From Candidatus Bathyarchaeia archaeon (GTDB lineage: Archaea; Thermoproteota; Bathyarchaeia; Bathyarchaeales; Bathycorpusculaceae), in contig JBEKSS010000001.1 in assembly GCA_049516875.1 (NCBI GenBank), positions 160,001-224,000 on the forward strand: DNA of 64,000 nt. Reading direction: 5' to 3'. Position numbers and translations under genes: made by a program. Below are positions 39,676 through 49,792 of this stretch, one piece after another. The number at the start of each line of letters is the position of its first letter. Within the stretch, counting starts at the first letter, position 1. The notes below the pieces were generated by a model. That model had not been told where the DNA came from, searched no databases, and saw only the letters and a list, made by a program, of their open reading frames with translations.

Positions 39676-39783
39676 ATATTGTGTCGCTAGTCTTAATAAA
39701 TGATATGCACAACTAATCCTTAGCACACTTAACGCAAGTGAAACTTAAAAAAGCTCAAAACAGCTATTCCTCTGGGTCTTCGA

Positions 39784-40110
39784 TTGAAAATTAAAAGGGA
39801 AGAAGCTGGCAACAGTCAAAAACCTAAACTCGCAAAAGACCACTCGCAAGAAAAATCAAACAGTAAGAAATCAAAACCTCTAGATGCGTTTCAGGCAAGA
39901 TCAGAGGAAAACAGCACCGAGGGCAAAGTGCGAGGCGTGTTGTTCTGTCCAAAATGCGGTTCAACTGACGTTTTTTGGGCCTCCGGTCTTCCCCAACTTT
40001 GGTCCGTTTGGGATTGCAGAAACTGTAGGTATCGCGGCGCCCTCATACTTAGAGATAGCAAGCTAGCAAAAAAACTCAGAGAAGTATATGCCAAAAGATT
40101 TGCAAAATGA
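39784..40110 (+). CDS. small zinc-ribbon protein (true start may be further downstream)
   Basis: FCPKCGS...WDCRNCRYRG. Confidence 0.65.
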   Translation: MKIKREEAGNSQKPKLAKDHSQEKSNSKKSKPLDAFQARSEENSTEGKVRGVLFCPKCGSTDVFWASGLPQLWSVWDCRNCRYRGALILRDSKLAKKLREVYAKRFAK

Positions 40111-40166
40111 TAAGACCAGCTTGGTTTCGGACTTCTCTTCTTAGCTTTTTTCCAATTCTTGTTGTT

Positions 40167-40759
40167 CTATTCTATTGTTGCGTGTCTGCGTTTCAAATCT
40201 GCTTCAGTTCGACCCATTCTATGCATTAATTCGACTACCAAACTGTCCAGAAAAACCATGCAGTTAATCTCGAAGATGCTCCCAAGGGGAGTCAGTGGTT
40301 CGCGTTCACCGATAATTTGTCTGACCAAGTAGTCTTCTTCTACGGGCATACCCGCCTTTGTCCTCCCCTTAACTGTGACCACCAGGTCAGCCAGTTGTCC
40401 TAGAGCAGATTCTAGGAAAGACGTGATTGCCACAACGTTGGCGCCAATTTCTTTGGCGGCCGTACTCGCGGTCAACACAATCTTTGTGCTGCCCGTGCCT
40501 GAAATGGCTATAAGCAGATTTCCGCTGCTGGTGTTATAGTTTCGCCCAGAAAATATACGTTGAAGCCCAAATTCATCAGGCGCAAAGCAAAAGCCCTAGC
40601 TACGAATCCGCTTCTTCCCATTCCAACAGTGAATATCTTCTTTTCCTTTGCTTCAAGGATAAGCTCGATAAGTCGCTCGACCTCTTTCATGTTAAGCGCT
40701 TCAATAGAGACTTTTATGCACTCAACAATTTCGTCTGCTGCGGCCTTTAACCATTTCAA
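40167..40759 (-). pseudogene. hxlB: 6-phospho-3-hexuloisomerase (SIS domain), frameshifted
   Basis: GMGRSG, ALRLMNLG, GETITP in one frame; LLIAISGTG, PLGSIFE, RHATIE in another; break near 40520. Confidence 0.85.
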
Positions 40760-40817
40760 CCGCTTGAATCTCCCCGACGAACGCTTTACACCAGGTCCAA
40801 ATTAAAAGGCTTCTGGT

Positions 40818-41612
40818 TCAGAACAAACGTGCTAATAGACTATGTAGTGACGGGATCCCGACAAACAATCGAACATAAATCGCCGACGCCAGAAGCCCAA
40901 TGGTGATGGCCATCATGACAATATCGCCTATATGCATCCTTAACACATACAAGTTCGTGCGTTTCTTTGTGGCTCCCCAAGCACGAGACTCCATGGCTTC
41001 AGCTAATTCTAAGCTTCTACGAATCGCGCTCACAATCAAGGGGATAAGAATTGGAATATAGTTTCTGATTCTCTTTAAGAAGTTACCTTTTTCAAGCTCT
41101 AATCCCCTAGCCTTTTGAGCGTCCATGATTGTTTGAGCTTCCTCTGCCAAAACCGGGACAAAACGCACCGCCGTTGTGAAGGCAAAAACGAACTCGTACG
41201 GCACATGTGTCTGTTCCATGGCAAGACCCAAGTGATCTGGCGAAGTTGTAAGAAAGAAAACGGAGAAGGATTCCACAAGTACTACGAAACGCAACGTCAA
41301 AGCTGTAGCAGTTTCCACCCCATCAGCTGTGAGTACGTAGTTGCTGCTGAAAAACCTGAAGATTAAATTAGTCGAGAAGATTATAGCAGCCAGAAATGCT
41401 GCCCCACGCATTGAACGAAGCCATTCACGTTTGACGCCGGCCAAGAGAACAAATGGAATTTGAATGAGGAAAAGCGCTATCAGGGGCAGAAGTTCCCCGA
41501 AAATAATCGCAACTGCAAAGATAGCAATCACATAGACAAACTTTATCCTTGGGTCTAGATTATGTATCGGCGAGTAGACTCTCCGAAACTTGAGTCCGTT
41601 GAAAACGCTCAT
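40818..41612 (-). CDS. ecfT: ECF transporter T component
   Basis: LDPRIK, RFVP, AQKARG, AEAMESRA. Confidence 0.92.
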   Translation of the reverse strand: MSVFNGLKFRRVYSPIHNLDPRIKFVYVIAIFAVAIIFGELLPLIALFLIQIPFVLLAGVKREWLRSMRGAAFLAAIIFSTNLIFRFFSSNYVLTADGVETATALTLRFVVLVESFSVFFLTTSPDHLGLAMEQTHVPYEFVFAFTTAVRFVPVLAEEAQTIMDAQKARGLELEKGNFLKRIRNYIPILIPLIVSAIRRSLELAEAMESRAWGATKKRTNLYVLRMHIGDIVMMAITIGLLASAIYVRLFVGIPSLHSLLARLF

Positions 41613-42433
41613 TTGCCGCCCTTCTCCAACATCTCTAGTAGAATTTTCCGCGCCTCATAGATGTCGATGACATCCAACCGAACGTTCAGGTCCCGGAGTT
41701 CTAGGAATATCTGCGCTATCTGAGGAGGCACAATCGATGCTTGTGTCAAGATGCCCTGGTCTGTGAGGATCGTTCTTGCTTCGCCGTCGGCGATGATTTT
41801 TCCTTCACGCATCAACAGAACCCTTGGGTTGCATTCAGCCACAAATTCGACGTCGTGTGTAACGATGATTACAGTTTTTTTCTGAGTCTTCATCTGCATG
41901 ATGAACTGTCGGAGTTTTTCTTTTTGTTCATAATCCTGTCCTATAGTTGGCTCGTCCAATATCAACATCGCCGGATCCCAAGCTAACACTGAAGCCAAAG
42001 CCACACGCTTTCTTTCTCCTCCACTGAGCAAGAATGGAGATGTCTTTCTGTACTGAGTTAACCCTAATAGGTTCAGGGCCCAAGTTATCCTTTTTTCGAT
42101 GATTTCTTCACTGAAATTGAAATTTCTCAGAGCAAACGCTATTTCTTCCTCTACTGTTTCACTAAAAAGTTGATTGTCCGGATTTTGAAAAACAAATCCA
42201 ACGTTTCGGGAAAGAGTTGCCACACTGACCTTTTTCGTGTCAACTCCGTCTACGAACACCTGTCCGGTGCTTGGCTTAAGCAGACCGTTGAAATGTTTCA
42301 CTAATGTTGTCTTTCCAGCTCCATTCTGTCCCATTATAGCGACAAACTCGCCTTCTTCAATGGTTAAGCATATTCCCTTCAATGCTTCCACATCGTTTTG
42401 ATACGTAAAATGGACATCTTTGACTTCTATCAT
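41609..42433 (-). CDS. ecfA2: ECF transporter ATPase
   Basis: GQNGAGKTT, FQNPDNQLF, LSGGE, LDEPT. Confidence 0.92.
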   Translation of the reverse strand: MIEVKDVHFTYQNDVEALKGICLTIEEGEFVAIMGQNGAGKTTLVKHFNGLLKPSTGQVFVDGVDTKKVSVATLSRNVGFVFQNPDNQLFSETVEEEIAFALRNFNFSEEIIEKRITWALNLLGLTQYRKTSPFLLSGGERKRVALASVLAWDPAMLILDEPTIGQDYEQKEKLRQFIMQMKTQKKTVIIVTHDVEFVAECNPRVLLMREGKIIADGEARTILTDQGILTQASIVPPQIAQIFLELRDLNVRLDVIDIYEARKILLEMLEKGGK

Positions 42434-43281
42434 CGGCTTTCGAAAGCCTCCTTAAGCAAGTTTGCCATTTCATCAGAAGACAAAGGAACAACGTCGCCGA
42501 GTTTTGCCCCATCCTTCATCAGCATCTGATAAAGCCTCGTTGCCTTTGGAATGCCGACTCCGACGAGGCGGGCTTCTTCAGATTTCAAAATCTCATGTGG
42601 ATCACCGTCCAGAAGGACCTTTCCTTTGTCCATCACAATTATGTGATCTGCGTACCTGGCTGTTAAATCGAGCCTGTGCTCAACGAGCACGACGGTGATT
42701 CCGAGGTTTCGGTTCAACTCATGGATTACTTCAAATATCCTTCTTGCACTCAACGGATCAAGGAAAGAAGTCGGTTCATCCAGAACAATTACTTCGGGCT
42801 TCATTGCCAGCACCGAAGCTATCGCAACGCGTTGTTGTTGTCCACCCGAAAGTTCATGCGGCGCTCTTTCCCTCAAATCATCGATGCCTGTCAGCTGCAG
42901 TGCCCAGTCAACATTCTTGCGCATTTCTTCTCTTGGAACCCCCAAGTTTTCAAGTCCGAACGCCACGTCTTTTTCCACAGACAAAGCAAAAAGTTGATTT
43001 TCTGGATTTTGAAATACGAGGCCCAAATGTTGTGCAAGCTCGTATGTGGGGTGTTCGCTGACATTAAGCCCCGCAACGGTTATTTCACCCCTCATTTCAC
43101 CCTGATAGAAATGAGGAATCAACCCGTTGAAACACCGGCAGAGGGTTGTTTTTCCGCATCCGCTTGGGCCTGTGACGAGAGTGAACTGACCTTTCTCTAT
43201 TCTTATGGAAACATCGCTGATTGACGGGCTAGTCCCGCCTGGATAAGTGTACGTCAGATTCGTCGTTTCAATTATTGCCAT
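42430..43281 (-). CDS. ecfA1: ECF transporter ATPase
   Basis: GPSGCGKTT, FQNPENQLF, LSGGQQQR, LDEPT. Confidence 0.92.
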   Translation of the reverse strand: MAIIETTNLTYTYPGGTSPSISDVSIRIEKGQFTLVTGPSGCGKTTLCRCFNGLIPHFYQGEMRGEITVAGLNVSEHPTYELAQHLGLVFQNPENQLFALSVEKDVAFGLENLGVPREEMRKNVDWALQLTGIDDLRERAPHELSGGQQQRVAIASVLAMKPEVIVLDEPTSFLDPLSARRIFEVIHELNRNLGITVVLVEHRLDLTARYADHIIVMDKGKVLLDGDPHEILKSEEARLVGVGIPKATRLYQMLMKDGAKLGDVVPLSSDEMANLLKEAFESR

Positions 43282-43336
43282 GTAAATAATGCCTGCCCAC
43301 TTGAAGCGGGTTGTCCGCTCATTTAAGAGTAACTAC

Positions 43337-44332
43337 CTAATTATGGTTACCCAGTTTTTCCTTCAAAAGAAACAGGCATCGCTTAAGCCCGATTTCTACA
43401 TTGCCTTGCCCGTTGACTCCTGCCGCTGTGGCATGTCCCCCGCCCATGCCATGCAGGTATTCGCCCAATGGCTTAGCTATGTCTTTTCCGAGATGAACAC
43501 TCGTTTTCTTGTAGAATTCAAGTGAACTTCGCAGGCTGATTTCCAGGTTCCCGTCTTTTGCCCCTGCCACAGCGGCAACATGGGCCCCCAGTTCTACCAT
43601 TGCCCGCGCAGCCGAAGCCTGATAGGCACTGACGTGTGATAAAGCGATTATCCATTCCCCGACCCTGAAGAGTCTGGTTCTCCTAGAAGCCTTAAGCCTC
43701 GCCACACGCTCGGAGAAATCCATAGGCAACGAAAGCAACGGCAACGTTTCTTGAGCGTTCACGCCTGCATCGATTAACCCCACAATGTTCTTTAACGTCA
43801 TTGAGCTGGCAAGGACAAAATGCCGCGTATCAAAAGCTATGCCCAAGAACAGAGCTTTGGCCTCGTTTCCACCGGGTTTTATTCCAGTTTGCCTGTAGAA
43901 ATCGTATACGATCTCACAGGTGGATGATGCCCCTTCATCCGTTATAGAAATCTTCGCGAGCTGCTTGGTTTCAGGGTGACCAGTGTGATGATCAACAACG
44001 ATGATCGGAGCTTTCGAATTCTTGACCCTTTCAGCCAAATCGTCCAACTGCTGGACAGTGTTCGTGTCGAGCAGCACTATGGCATGTGCTTTTTCTACAC
44101 TCGGTTGTGTCTTCACTTCTACAGCCAAATGTTCGAGGACATGCCTTGAAAGTCGACTTATCCCATGGGCCGCCCCAATTTCAACGTCCGTTTGAGGCCG
44201 TGACTGTTTAAGCAAGCTTGCAAAAGCATAGGCGGAACAAATTGCGTCTGGATCGGCATTATGGTGACAGAGCAGAACAACAAACTTGGCGTCAACCGCG
44301 TCTAGAAGGGTGATTATATCTGCGAATGACAC
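43337..44332 (-). CDS. DHH/DHHA1-family phosphoesterase
   Basis: HHNADPDA, LLDT, VDHH, GGGHATAAG. Confidence 0.9.
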   Translation of the reverse strand: MSFADIITLLDAVDAKFVVLLCHHNADPDAICSAYAFASLLKQSRPQTDVEIGAAHGISRLSRHVLEHLAVEVKTQPSVEKAHAIVLLDTNTVQQLDDLAERVKNSKAPIIVVDHHTGHPETKQLAKISITDEGASSTCEIVYDFYRQTGIKPGGNEAKALFLGIAFDTRHFVLASSMTLKNIVGLIDAGVNAQETLPLLSLPMDFSERVARLKASRRTRLFRVGEWIIALSHVSAYQASAARAMVELGAHVAAVAGAKDGNLEISLRSSLEFYKKTSVHLGKDIAKPLGEYLHGMGGGHATAAGVNGQGNVEIGLKRCLFLLKEKLGNHN

Positions 44333-44616
44333 GTCAGTTCCCTCAAATGTTTTTCAGCAGAAGAAAATGCTTCTCTGACGGCTTCGTCAACAAGGTTCTG
44401 CACGTTGAAATTGCCCATTGAAGGAGAGAGCGTGACGGCCACATCAACCCTTAGCGCTACAGGTTTTGTACCTTCTGCTTCCGCGCTTATGTCTAGTGCT
44501 TCTATCTTCTTCGAAGGGACTTTTGACAGAACGTGTTCTCTGGCTGCTTTTTCAGCGATCAGACATAGCTCTTCAATCTGCTCACTAGTTAACTCTGGTA
44601 TTCCCAGTGCTTCCAT
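44314..44616 (-). CDS. DUF3194-like conserved archaeal protein
   Basis: GIPELTSEQIEELC..AE, LVDEAV; typical position downstream of pfdB. Confidence 0.7.
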   Translation of the reverse strand: MEALGIPELTSEQIEELCLIAEKAAREHVLSKVPSKKIEALDISAEAEGTKPVALRVDVAVTLSPSMGNFNVQNLVDEAVREAFSSAEKHLRELTCHSQI

Positions 44617-44642
44617 AAACCTCACTTGGAGAGGATAATCGG

Positions 44643-45017
44643 CTAGGGAGGAGGAGAAGCTGGGTTTAGGTCTTGTTGAAGCTTTGTCTGTACGTCTTTC
44701 AATTGACTGCGTAAACGCTCTTCTTGTTTTACGAGAATTGTGGCTCGTGTGTTGAGCAGTTCCTTTCTCTCAGTTAATTCGGTGAGTACTTTCACCCTTT
44801 CAGATTTCATCAACAACGAACCTGCCGCCTTGTATATCACCGCGTCGTCGGTCAGTTTTTGCAGTTCATTCAAGGCTTGATCAATCTCGGTTACCTCAAG
44901 ATCCACCTGTTGCTTCTGCCCAAGAATTGACTGAAGCGTTTGTTGGAGCTGCTGAAGTCTGAGTAAACGTTCTTGAACCGGCGGCGGAAGCTGCGAAATC
45001 TCGTCACTCACTTCCAT
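44643..45017 (-). CDS. pfdB: prefoldin beta subunit
   Basis: LPPPVQ, QQLQQ coiled coil, IYKAAGSLL hairpin. Confidence 0.93.
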   Translation of the reverse strand: MEVSDEISQLPPPVQERLLRLQQLQQTLQSILGQKQQVDLEVTEIDQALNELQKLTDDAVIYKAAGSLLMKSERVKVLTELTERKELLNTRATILVKQEERLRSQLKDVQTKLQQDLNPASPPP

Positions 45018-45267
45018 CCTTCCATCTGCACAGCAATAAGCTGGGCTATTAATTAACATTTTCTCAGATTACGTGAAGGTTCTCAATCCAAGCTGTTACG
45101 CCTTGCATCTTTGCTGCTGATTCTTGTTCTTGCCTAGAAATAGCATAGGCGTAAGTTGTTTCGATCGTTAATATGGTTGGCAGTGGCTTCGCCTGGAAAA
45201 ATCGAGGTTTGTTCTAGGAACGAGCATCGTAGAATTGAACGGGACATTCCCTGGAACTGCACGTCCC

Positions 45268-45555
45268 TCAAGACTGTGATTTCGAGGCTGAACTTTCTTT
45301 TCCTTCTTCTCCTTCAAGTGTCTTGAATACATTCAGAATGGAATTTATCCACCTCAGGTATGCGTTCAGCGCAGCACGCAGCGCAACGGTATCTTTGGCT
45401 TCAATCTTCAAAATCAGGAAACTTCCTTCTTTCGCCAAACTCGCCTGCGAACGGGCGCTGGTCGGACTGTTAACCTCTGGTTCTAAAGATCTGAGAATCG
45501 TTTCCAACTTTTTCCCTGAGGGAAACTTCAAGCGTACAGTTGCTCTTGCTTTCAT
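45268..45555 (-). CDS. pcc1: KEOPS subunit Pcc1
   Basis: SLEPE, RS, IEAKDTVALRAALNAYLRW. Confidence 0.9.
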   Translation of the reverse strand: MKARATVRLKFPSGKKLETILRSLEPEVNSPTSARSQASLAKEGSFLILKIEAKDTVALRAALNAYLRWINSILNVFKTLEGEEGKESSASKSQS

Positions 45556-45621
45556 TCAGGCATTTCCAGAAAATTGTTTGAAAGCCCAGATTCAGCATGA
45601 ATCCGACAGAAACGGGGAAGA

Positions 45622-45924
45622 CTAGGCGCTTTCTTCTTGCGCCGTCTTTAACGTTTCTTCTACCTGTATGCCTTTGGCTGAGCGTTTTGCCACTATTCCA
45701 AGCTTTGTGATTGGCGTGTAGGCCCCACCCGTATAGGTGAAACCGCATTTTCTGCATTTCCAGATTCCGACGCTTTCCCTTTTCACTCTTGAGAAACCAC
45801 ATTGTGGACATTTGTGCGGCTTCTTCATCTCTTGCATTACCTTAATGTAGCGCTTTCTGACGGTCGAACCATAACGGGGGCCCAGTCCGCGTGTAGGTCC
45901 AACTTTCTTCGTTCTGTTCCCCAT
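45622..45924 (-). CDS. rpl37ae: 50S ribosomal protein L37Ae (eL43)
   Basis: GPRYG, CPQC, GIWKCRKC, GGAYTP. Confidence 0.96.
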   Translation of the reverse strand: MGNRTKKVGPTRGLGPRYGSTVRKRYIKVMQEMKKPHKCPQCGFSRVKRESVGIWKCRKCGFTYTGGAYTPITKLGIVAKRSAKGIQVEETLKTAQEESA

Positions 45925-45931
45925 AGCGTCT

Positions 45932-46723
45932 TCACCAGTTCAGTTGCTTTCGCATTTCCTCAACTTTCTCTTTAGCTATTCTTGCCGCTTCGAACACTTG
46001 TTTCGGTTCGAAATATCCGCTTCCGCCCTTCTGAATCGCACATATGTTGCCGTCGTCATCAAATGCCATTGAAATCCTAGCGTCCATGACCTGTTCCTCT
46101 TCCAGCCACGGATCGACCACAAGCTTGTCGCCTATCTTTGCGCAGGTGACCGTTATGGGACGTTTCTTTATTGGAAGCGGCTCATAACCCGGCTTGATTT
46201 TCACTTCTCCATCCTCAACTTCGTACTTAGCCATTTTCGTGTTAAGCAACGCAGCCATCGCGGCCAATGCTGAGGCATCTATCAGGTTTCCATCATGATT
46301 CAACACGTAAACATCAACGAAGACCACGAACACCTTCTTCCCAGGCGCGATGCACAGTTTCTCCAGGTCAATGGCTTTCGACTCTCTGATTCCCCTGTCA
46401 ACGACCCTTGCCAGCTCTATCGAGTTCTCGTCTGGAGGTCCCGGTTCAAAACGGGGCGAGGCCAACGGCACAAGTTCAACGTTAACCGTTAAGACTCCTT
46501 CGTCAGGCGTGTCCGGAAACGGCTCACCCATCTCAATTTTTGTTCCAACGACAACTTCAGTTCTTCCAAGAAGCACCTTTGCTGAACCCTCTGCTCGCTC
46601 AATTATACCCTGTTCGATCTTTATTTCGCGATAGTCTGTCAGCCCTCTGCCGTCCAGACGTTTTCCTTTGGCGATCAACTGTTCAATCTGCTTTTTTTTC
46701 ACCCGAGTGATTACTGCAGCCAT
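45932..46723 (-). CDS. rrp42: exosome subunit Rrp42
   Basis: RLDGR, AEGSA, PFPDTPDEG, ELARVVDRGIRES, DGNLIDA. Confidence 0.96.
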   Translation of the reverse strand: MAAVITRVKKKQIEQLIAKGKRLDGRGLTDYREIKIEQGIIERAEGSAKVLLGRTEVVVGTKIEMGEPFPDTPDEGVLTVNVELVPLASPRFEPGPPDENSIELARVVDRGIRESKAIDLEKLCIAPGKKVFVVFVDVYVLNHDGNLIDASALAAMAALLNTKMAKYEVEDGEVKIKPGYEPLPIKKRPITVTCAKIGDKLVVDPWLEEEQVMDARISMAFDDDGNICAIQKGGSGYFEPKQVFEAARIAKEKVEEMRKQLNW

Positions 46724-47472
46724 TATTCTTCAGCCTCCTCCTTGTTCTCTTCTTTAAGATTCACGTACTTGGTTCTTAACGCTTCTTTCTGAAGAGCGTA
46801 GATTTGTCTGCATCCTTCAAGGGCCAAGTTTACTGCGCTTTCAAATTCGTCGGTTGACAGTGTTCCATCCATCTGCAGCAACGTGACGGCGTTCAGGTTG
46901 GGCATCAGAGCCACGGGAACATCAGCGGAACCCACCTTGTCCTCAGTGTCCATCAAGTCCAGCACGATTGTGTCATCCACTTTACCTGCTGCGCAAGCCA
47001 CGACGAGGTCTCGCATTGGGATGCCCGAGTCTGCCAAGGCCAAAGCGGCTGCTGTGATGCTCGCGCATCTTGTTCCACCGTCGGCCTGCAACACTTCAAC
47101 GAATACGTCTATCATTGTGCGCGGGTAGTATTCCATGAAAATGGCGGGTTCAAGCGATTCCCTTATCACTTTTGAAAGTTCGATTTCTCTTCTTGACGGC
47201 GCAGGCGACTTGCGTTCCTGAACTGAGAACGGCGCCATGTGGTAGCGGCATTTAAGAACCGTTCGGTCAGGAAGGGCTAAGTGTTTGGGATGCACTTCTC
47301 TCGGCCCGTACACACCTGCTAGAATCTTGTTTTTTCCATGTTCAATGTACGCTGAGCCGTCGGCGTTTGAAATCACGCCTACTTGAAGCTTCACCGGCCT
47401 TAACTCATCGGGCTTTCTCCCGTCCAGTCTTAGGCCTTTTTTATCAATTAATCTTTCAGGTTTATCATTCAT
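46723..47472 (-). CDS. rrp41: exosome catalytic subunit Rrp41
   Basis: [35 protein letters not shown]. Confidence 0.97.
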   Translation of the reverse strand: MNDKPERLIDKKGLRLDGRKPDELRPVKLQVGVISNADGSAYIEHGKNKILAGVYGPREVHPKHLALPDRTVLKCRYHMAPFSVQERKSPAPSRREIELSKVIRESLEPAIFMEYYPRTMIDVFVEVLQADGGTRCASITAAALALADSGIPMRDLVVACAAGKVDDTIVLDLMDTEDKVGSADVPVALMPNLNAVTLLQMDGTLSTDEFESAVNLALEGCRQIYALQKEALRTKYVNLKEENKEEAEE

Positions 47473-48175
47473 TCTTCTTTTCCTCCTTTCTAGATTTTTC
47501 TTCTTTAAGCATCTTGGTTATGCGGTCTGTGAGACCGCTTGTGTGTGATTCTTCTTCTATTTTGAGAATCGCCATCATCGCCAACTGTTCGTCTTCAAGA
47601 GTCTTTCCCGTAATTAGCACGACTCCGTTGACGCCTAGGATTATGTCGCAGCCTGTTTCCTGTTTTATCATGGATATCATTGAGCCTTTTCTGCCTATCA
47701 CGCGGGGGATTTTCGTCGGCGTGACTTTCACTATCTGCCCGCGTGTTATCTTTCCGAGGCCAGGTTCTGCCACTGTCAACTGTGGATCGTGAGTCCTGTC
47801 GTAAGAGACTATTTTGGCAACCAGCAGGTCCCCTATGTCAAGAACTTGGGGTAAATCGTCTTTCTGCGGTCTGAAGGGTCTGCTCAACACGTCTGAAGCC
47901 CTCAGAAGGGCTGGGTACGGCGAGTTTATGTCAGCCGTCCACCCGCTGAACCCAACTTCCGTGATTGTTCCTATGATTATGTCTCCCATTCTTGGGACGT
48001 AAAAGGATTTCAGGGCGACGACGTCCACTTTTTTGGTTTCATACTCGACGATTCCAACTCTTGAAGCGTAAATCTTGTTGTTTTCCATGTACGTATTTTC
48101 TCCAGCTATGTATTCGCCCTCTGCGATTAAGTCGCCAGGCGTCACAAGCTGTCTTCTTTCCAAAAGTATTGGCAT
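47465..48175 (-). CDS. rrp4: exosome RNA-binding subunit Rrp4 (S1 + KH)
   Basis: [32 protein letters not shown]. Confidence 0.95.
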   Translation of the reverse strand: MPILLERRQLVTPGDLIAEGEYIAGENTYMENNKIYASRVGIVEYETKKVDVVALKSFYVPRMGDIIIGTITEVGFSGWTADINSPYPALLRASDVLSRPFRPQKDDLPQVLDIGDLLVAKIVSYDRTHDPQLTVAEPGLGKITRGQIVKVTPTKIPRVIGRKGSMISMIKQETGCDIILGVNGVVLITGKTLEDEQLAMMAILKIEEESHTSGLTDRITKMLKEEKSRKEEKKNE

Positions 48176-48207
48176 AAAATCACTCCTTTCGGGTCATAAC
48201 AAACTCG

Positions 48208-48897
48208 TTAGGGGTTAATCTTTGCTTCTCCGTTGCCCTTGGTTATTTCTCCGAGTTTATCTAGGAATGGGGCGTACACTCCTGCCGGAATTTCCAAGAC
48301 TCCGTACCATGAACCGTTTGCACGCCATTCTTCATGTTTTATCGTTCCGAATCCCTTGATTGTTCCGTAGGCCCTCGTCGAATACTCCGCTGGTACGGTG
48401 ACTCCTACTGTTATTTGTTCCATCTTAAGGGGCAGAATTATCCGTAGAAGCTTGATTATTTCTTTAGCCTGTTCTTCCACAGGCTTGAAGGGGTCTATCG
48501 AGTAGCGAACTTGCTCCATGGCGTTTTCTATTCGTGTCGGCGGATGAGGAAGGTTAGTCTTGGGATCAACGCTCTGCCTTGCTATGAAGTCCACTATCTG
48601 TTTTCTCTTGTCTTCAATCATTTTCCTGCGCTGTTCGGTGGTCAGCTGCAACGTTCCCTTGGTCAGTATCGTCTCAGCTATTTTCAGCGAATCCGTAGTG
48701 CCGAAAGCCTTGCGCAGGTTTTCCTCTGGCGGTTTTGTGCCTTTGTTAGCGTCGGAAAATATCGTTTCAGCCGCTAAAACTTCGGTTATTGCCGCTATTT
48801 TTCCCATGCGAAAATCTAGGGCTTTTTGAGGTTTTACAAGCACTTCAAAGTGTTCGTCGTCTACTTTCATGCGTGCAACGGTGTACTTATCACTCAT
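48208..48897 (-). CDS. ribosome maturation factor SBDS/Sdo1
   Basis: HFEVLV, IFSDANKG, QLTTEQRR, PHPPTRIENAM. Confidence 0.95.
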   Translation of the reverse strand: MSDKYTVARMKVDDEHFEVLVKPQKALDFRMGKIAAITEVLAAETIFSDANKGTKPPEENLRKAFGTTDSLKIAETILTKGTLQLTTEQRRKMIEDKRKQIVDFIARQSVDPKTNLPHPPTRIENAMEQVRYSIDPFKPVEEQAKEIIKLLRIILPLKMEQITVGVTVPAEYSTRAYGTIKGFGTIKHEEWRANGSWYGVLEIPAGVYAPFLDKLGEITKGNGEAKINP

Positions 48898-48904
48898 CAG
48901 TGTG

Positions 48905-49633
48905 TCACTTGCCCACGCCTAGCTCTTTCATGATATCCTCAATTTTCTCGTCGCTCAGCATATCCATTTTCTTAGTTTCTGAGGACACCACTGCTACTTT
49001 GATCCTCGGCGGCAATTGTCTTGCTTCCAAGGCTTTTGCCAAGCATTTCACTGCGAGTTTCGTGGTTTCTTTGAGGCCCATCTCTTCTTTGTACTCCTCT
49101 TTCAGAATGTTGAACACTGTTTCTCTTCCAGCGCCTTCCGCTCTGGCTTTGTAGCCCCTGTAGGTTCCGCTCGGGTGGGTTCCGAACACGCGGTTTCCCG
49201 TCTTGTCAACGCCGACAAACACCATTGACACACCGAAGGGTCTTACACCCGCGTGTTGCGTGTAAAGCTGCTTTATGTCGCATATTCTTTTTGTCACAAC
49301 TTCAACGTCTATTGGTTCATCATAAGTCAGCTTGTTAGACTGAGCCATAACTCGCGCCTGATCTATGAGTATACGTGCGTCTGAGCTTAAACCAACGATG
49401 GCTGCACCCACGTGATCGTCTATCCGGAAGATTTTCCATGAATACTCCGTTTCTTCCAGTGGATCCACGGTTTCTTCGGCTCCAAGAACGACTCCTTCTG
49501 AGCATCGTATTGCAAGGATGGTAGCCCCGCGGTTAACAAGCTCCATTGCGTATTCAACCTGAAAAAGCCGCCCGTCCGGTGAAAAAACGGTTATAGCACG
49601 GTCGTATGCACCTGGTGCTGCAAACACTGACAT
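48905..49633 (-). CDS. psmA: proteasome alpha subunit
   Basis: AYDRAITVFSPDGRLFQVEYA, YTQHAGVRPFGVS. Confidence 0.97.
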   Translation of the reverse strand: MSVFAAPGAYDRAITVFSPDGRLFQVEYAMELVNRGATILAIRCSEGVVLGAEETVDPLEETEYSWKIFRIDDHVGAAIVGLSSDARILIDQARVMAQSNKLTYDEPIDVEVVTKRICDIKQLYTQHAGVRPFGVSMVFVGVDKTGNRVFGTHPSGTYRGYKARAEGAGRETVFNILKEEYKEEMGLKETTKLAVKCLAKALEARQLPPRIKVAVVSSETKKMDMLSDEKIEDIMKELGVGK

Positions 49634-49792
49634 CCATTTCATCCTCACAGTATATCCTAACTATTTGCAGTCTCTCATATGACAACTATACTAAAAACCT
49701 TTCCTATCCTTTTCAGCCTTTATTTTAAGGTCTCATTAACCGATGTCTTCGTGTCTTGATGCTTGGGTGAACGGAAAACTATTGAACTGAGT

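Noticed and set aside
45060-45267. TTACGCCT/AGGCGTAA hairpin and a possible C/D box sRNA between pcc1 and pfdB
   Set aside because: The C box is a poor match and there is only one 8-bp stem; insufficient support
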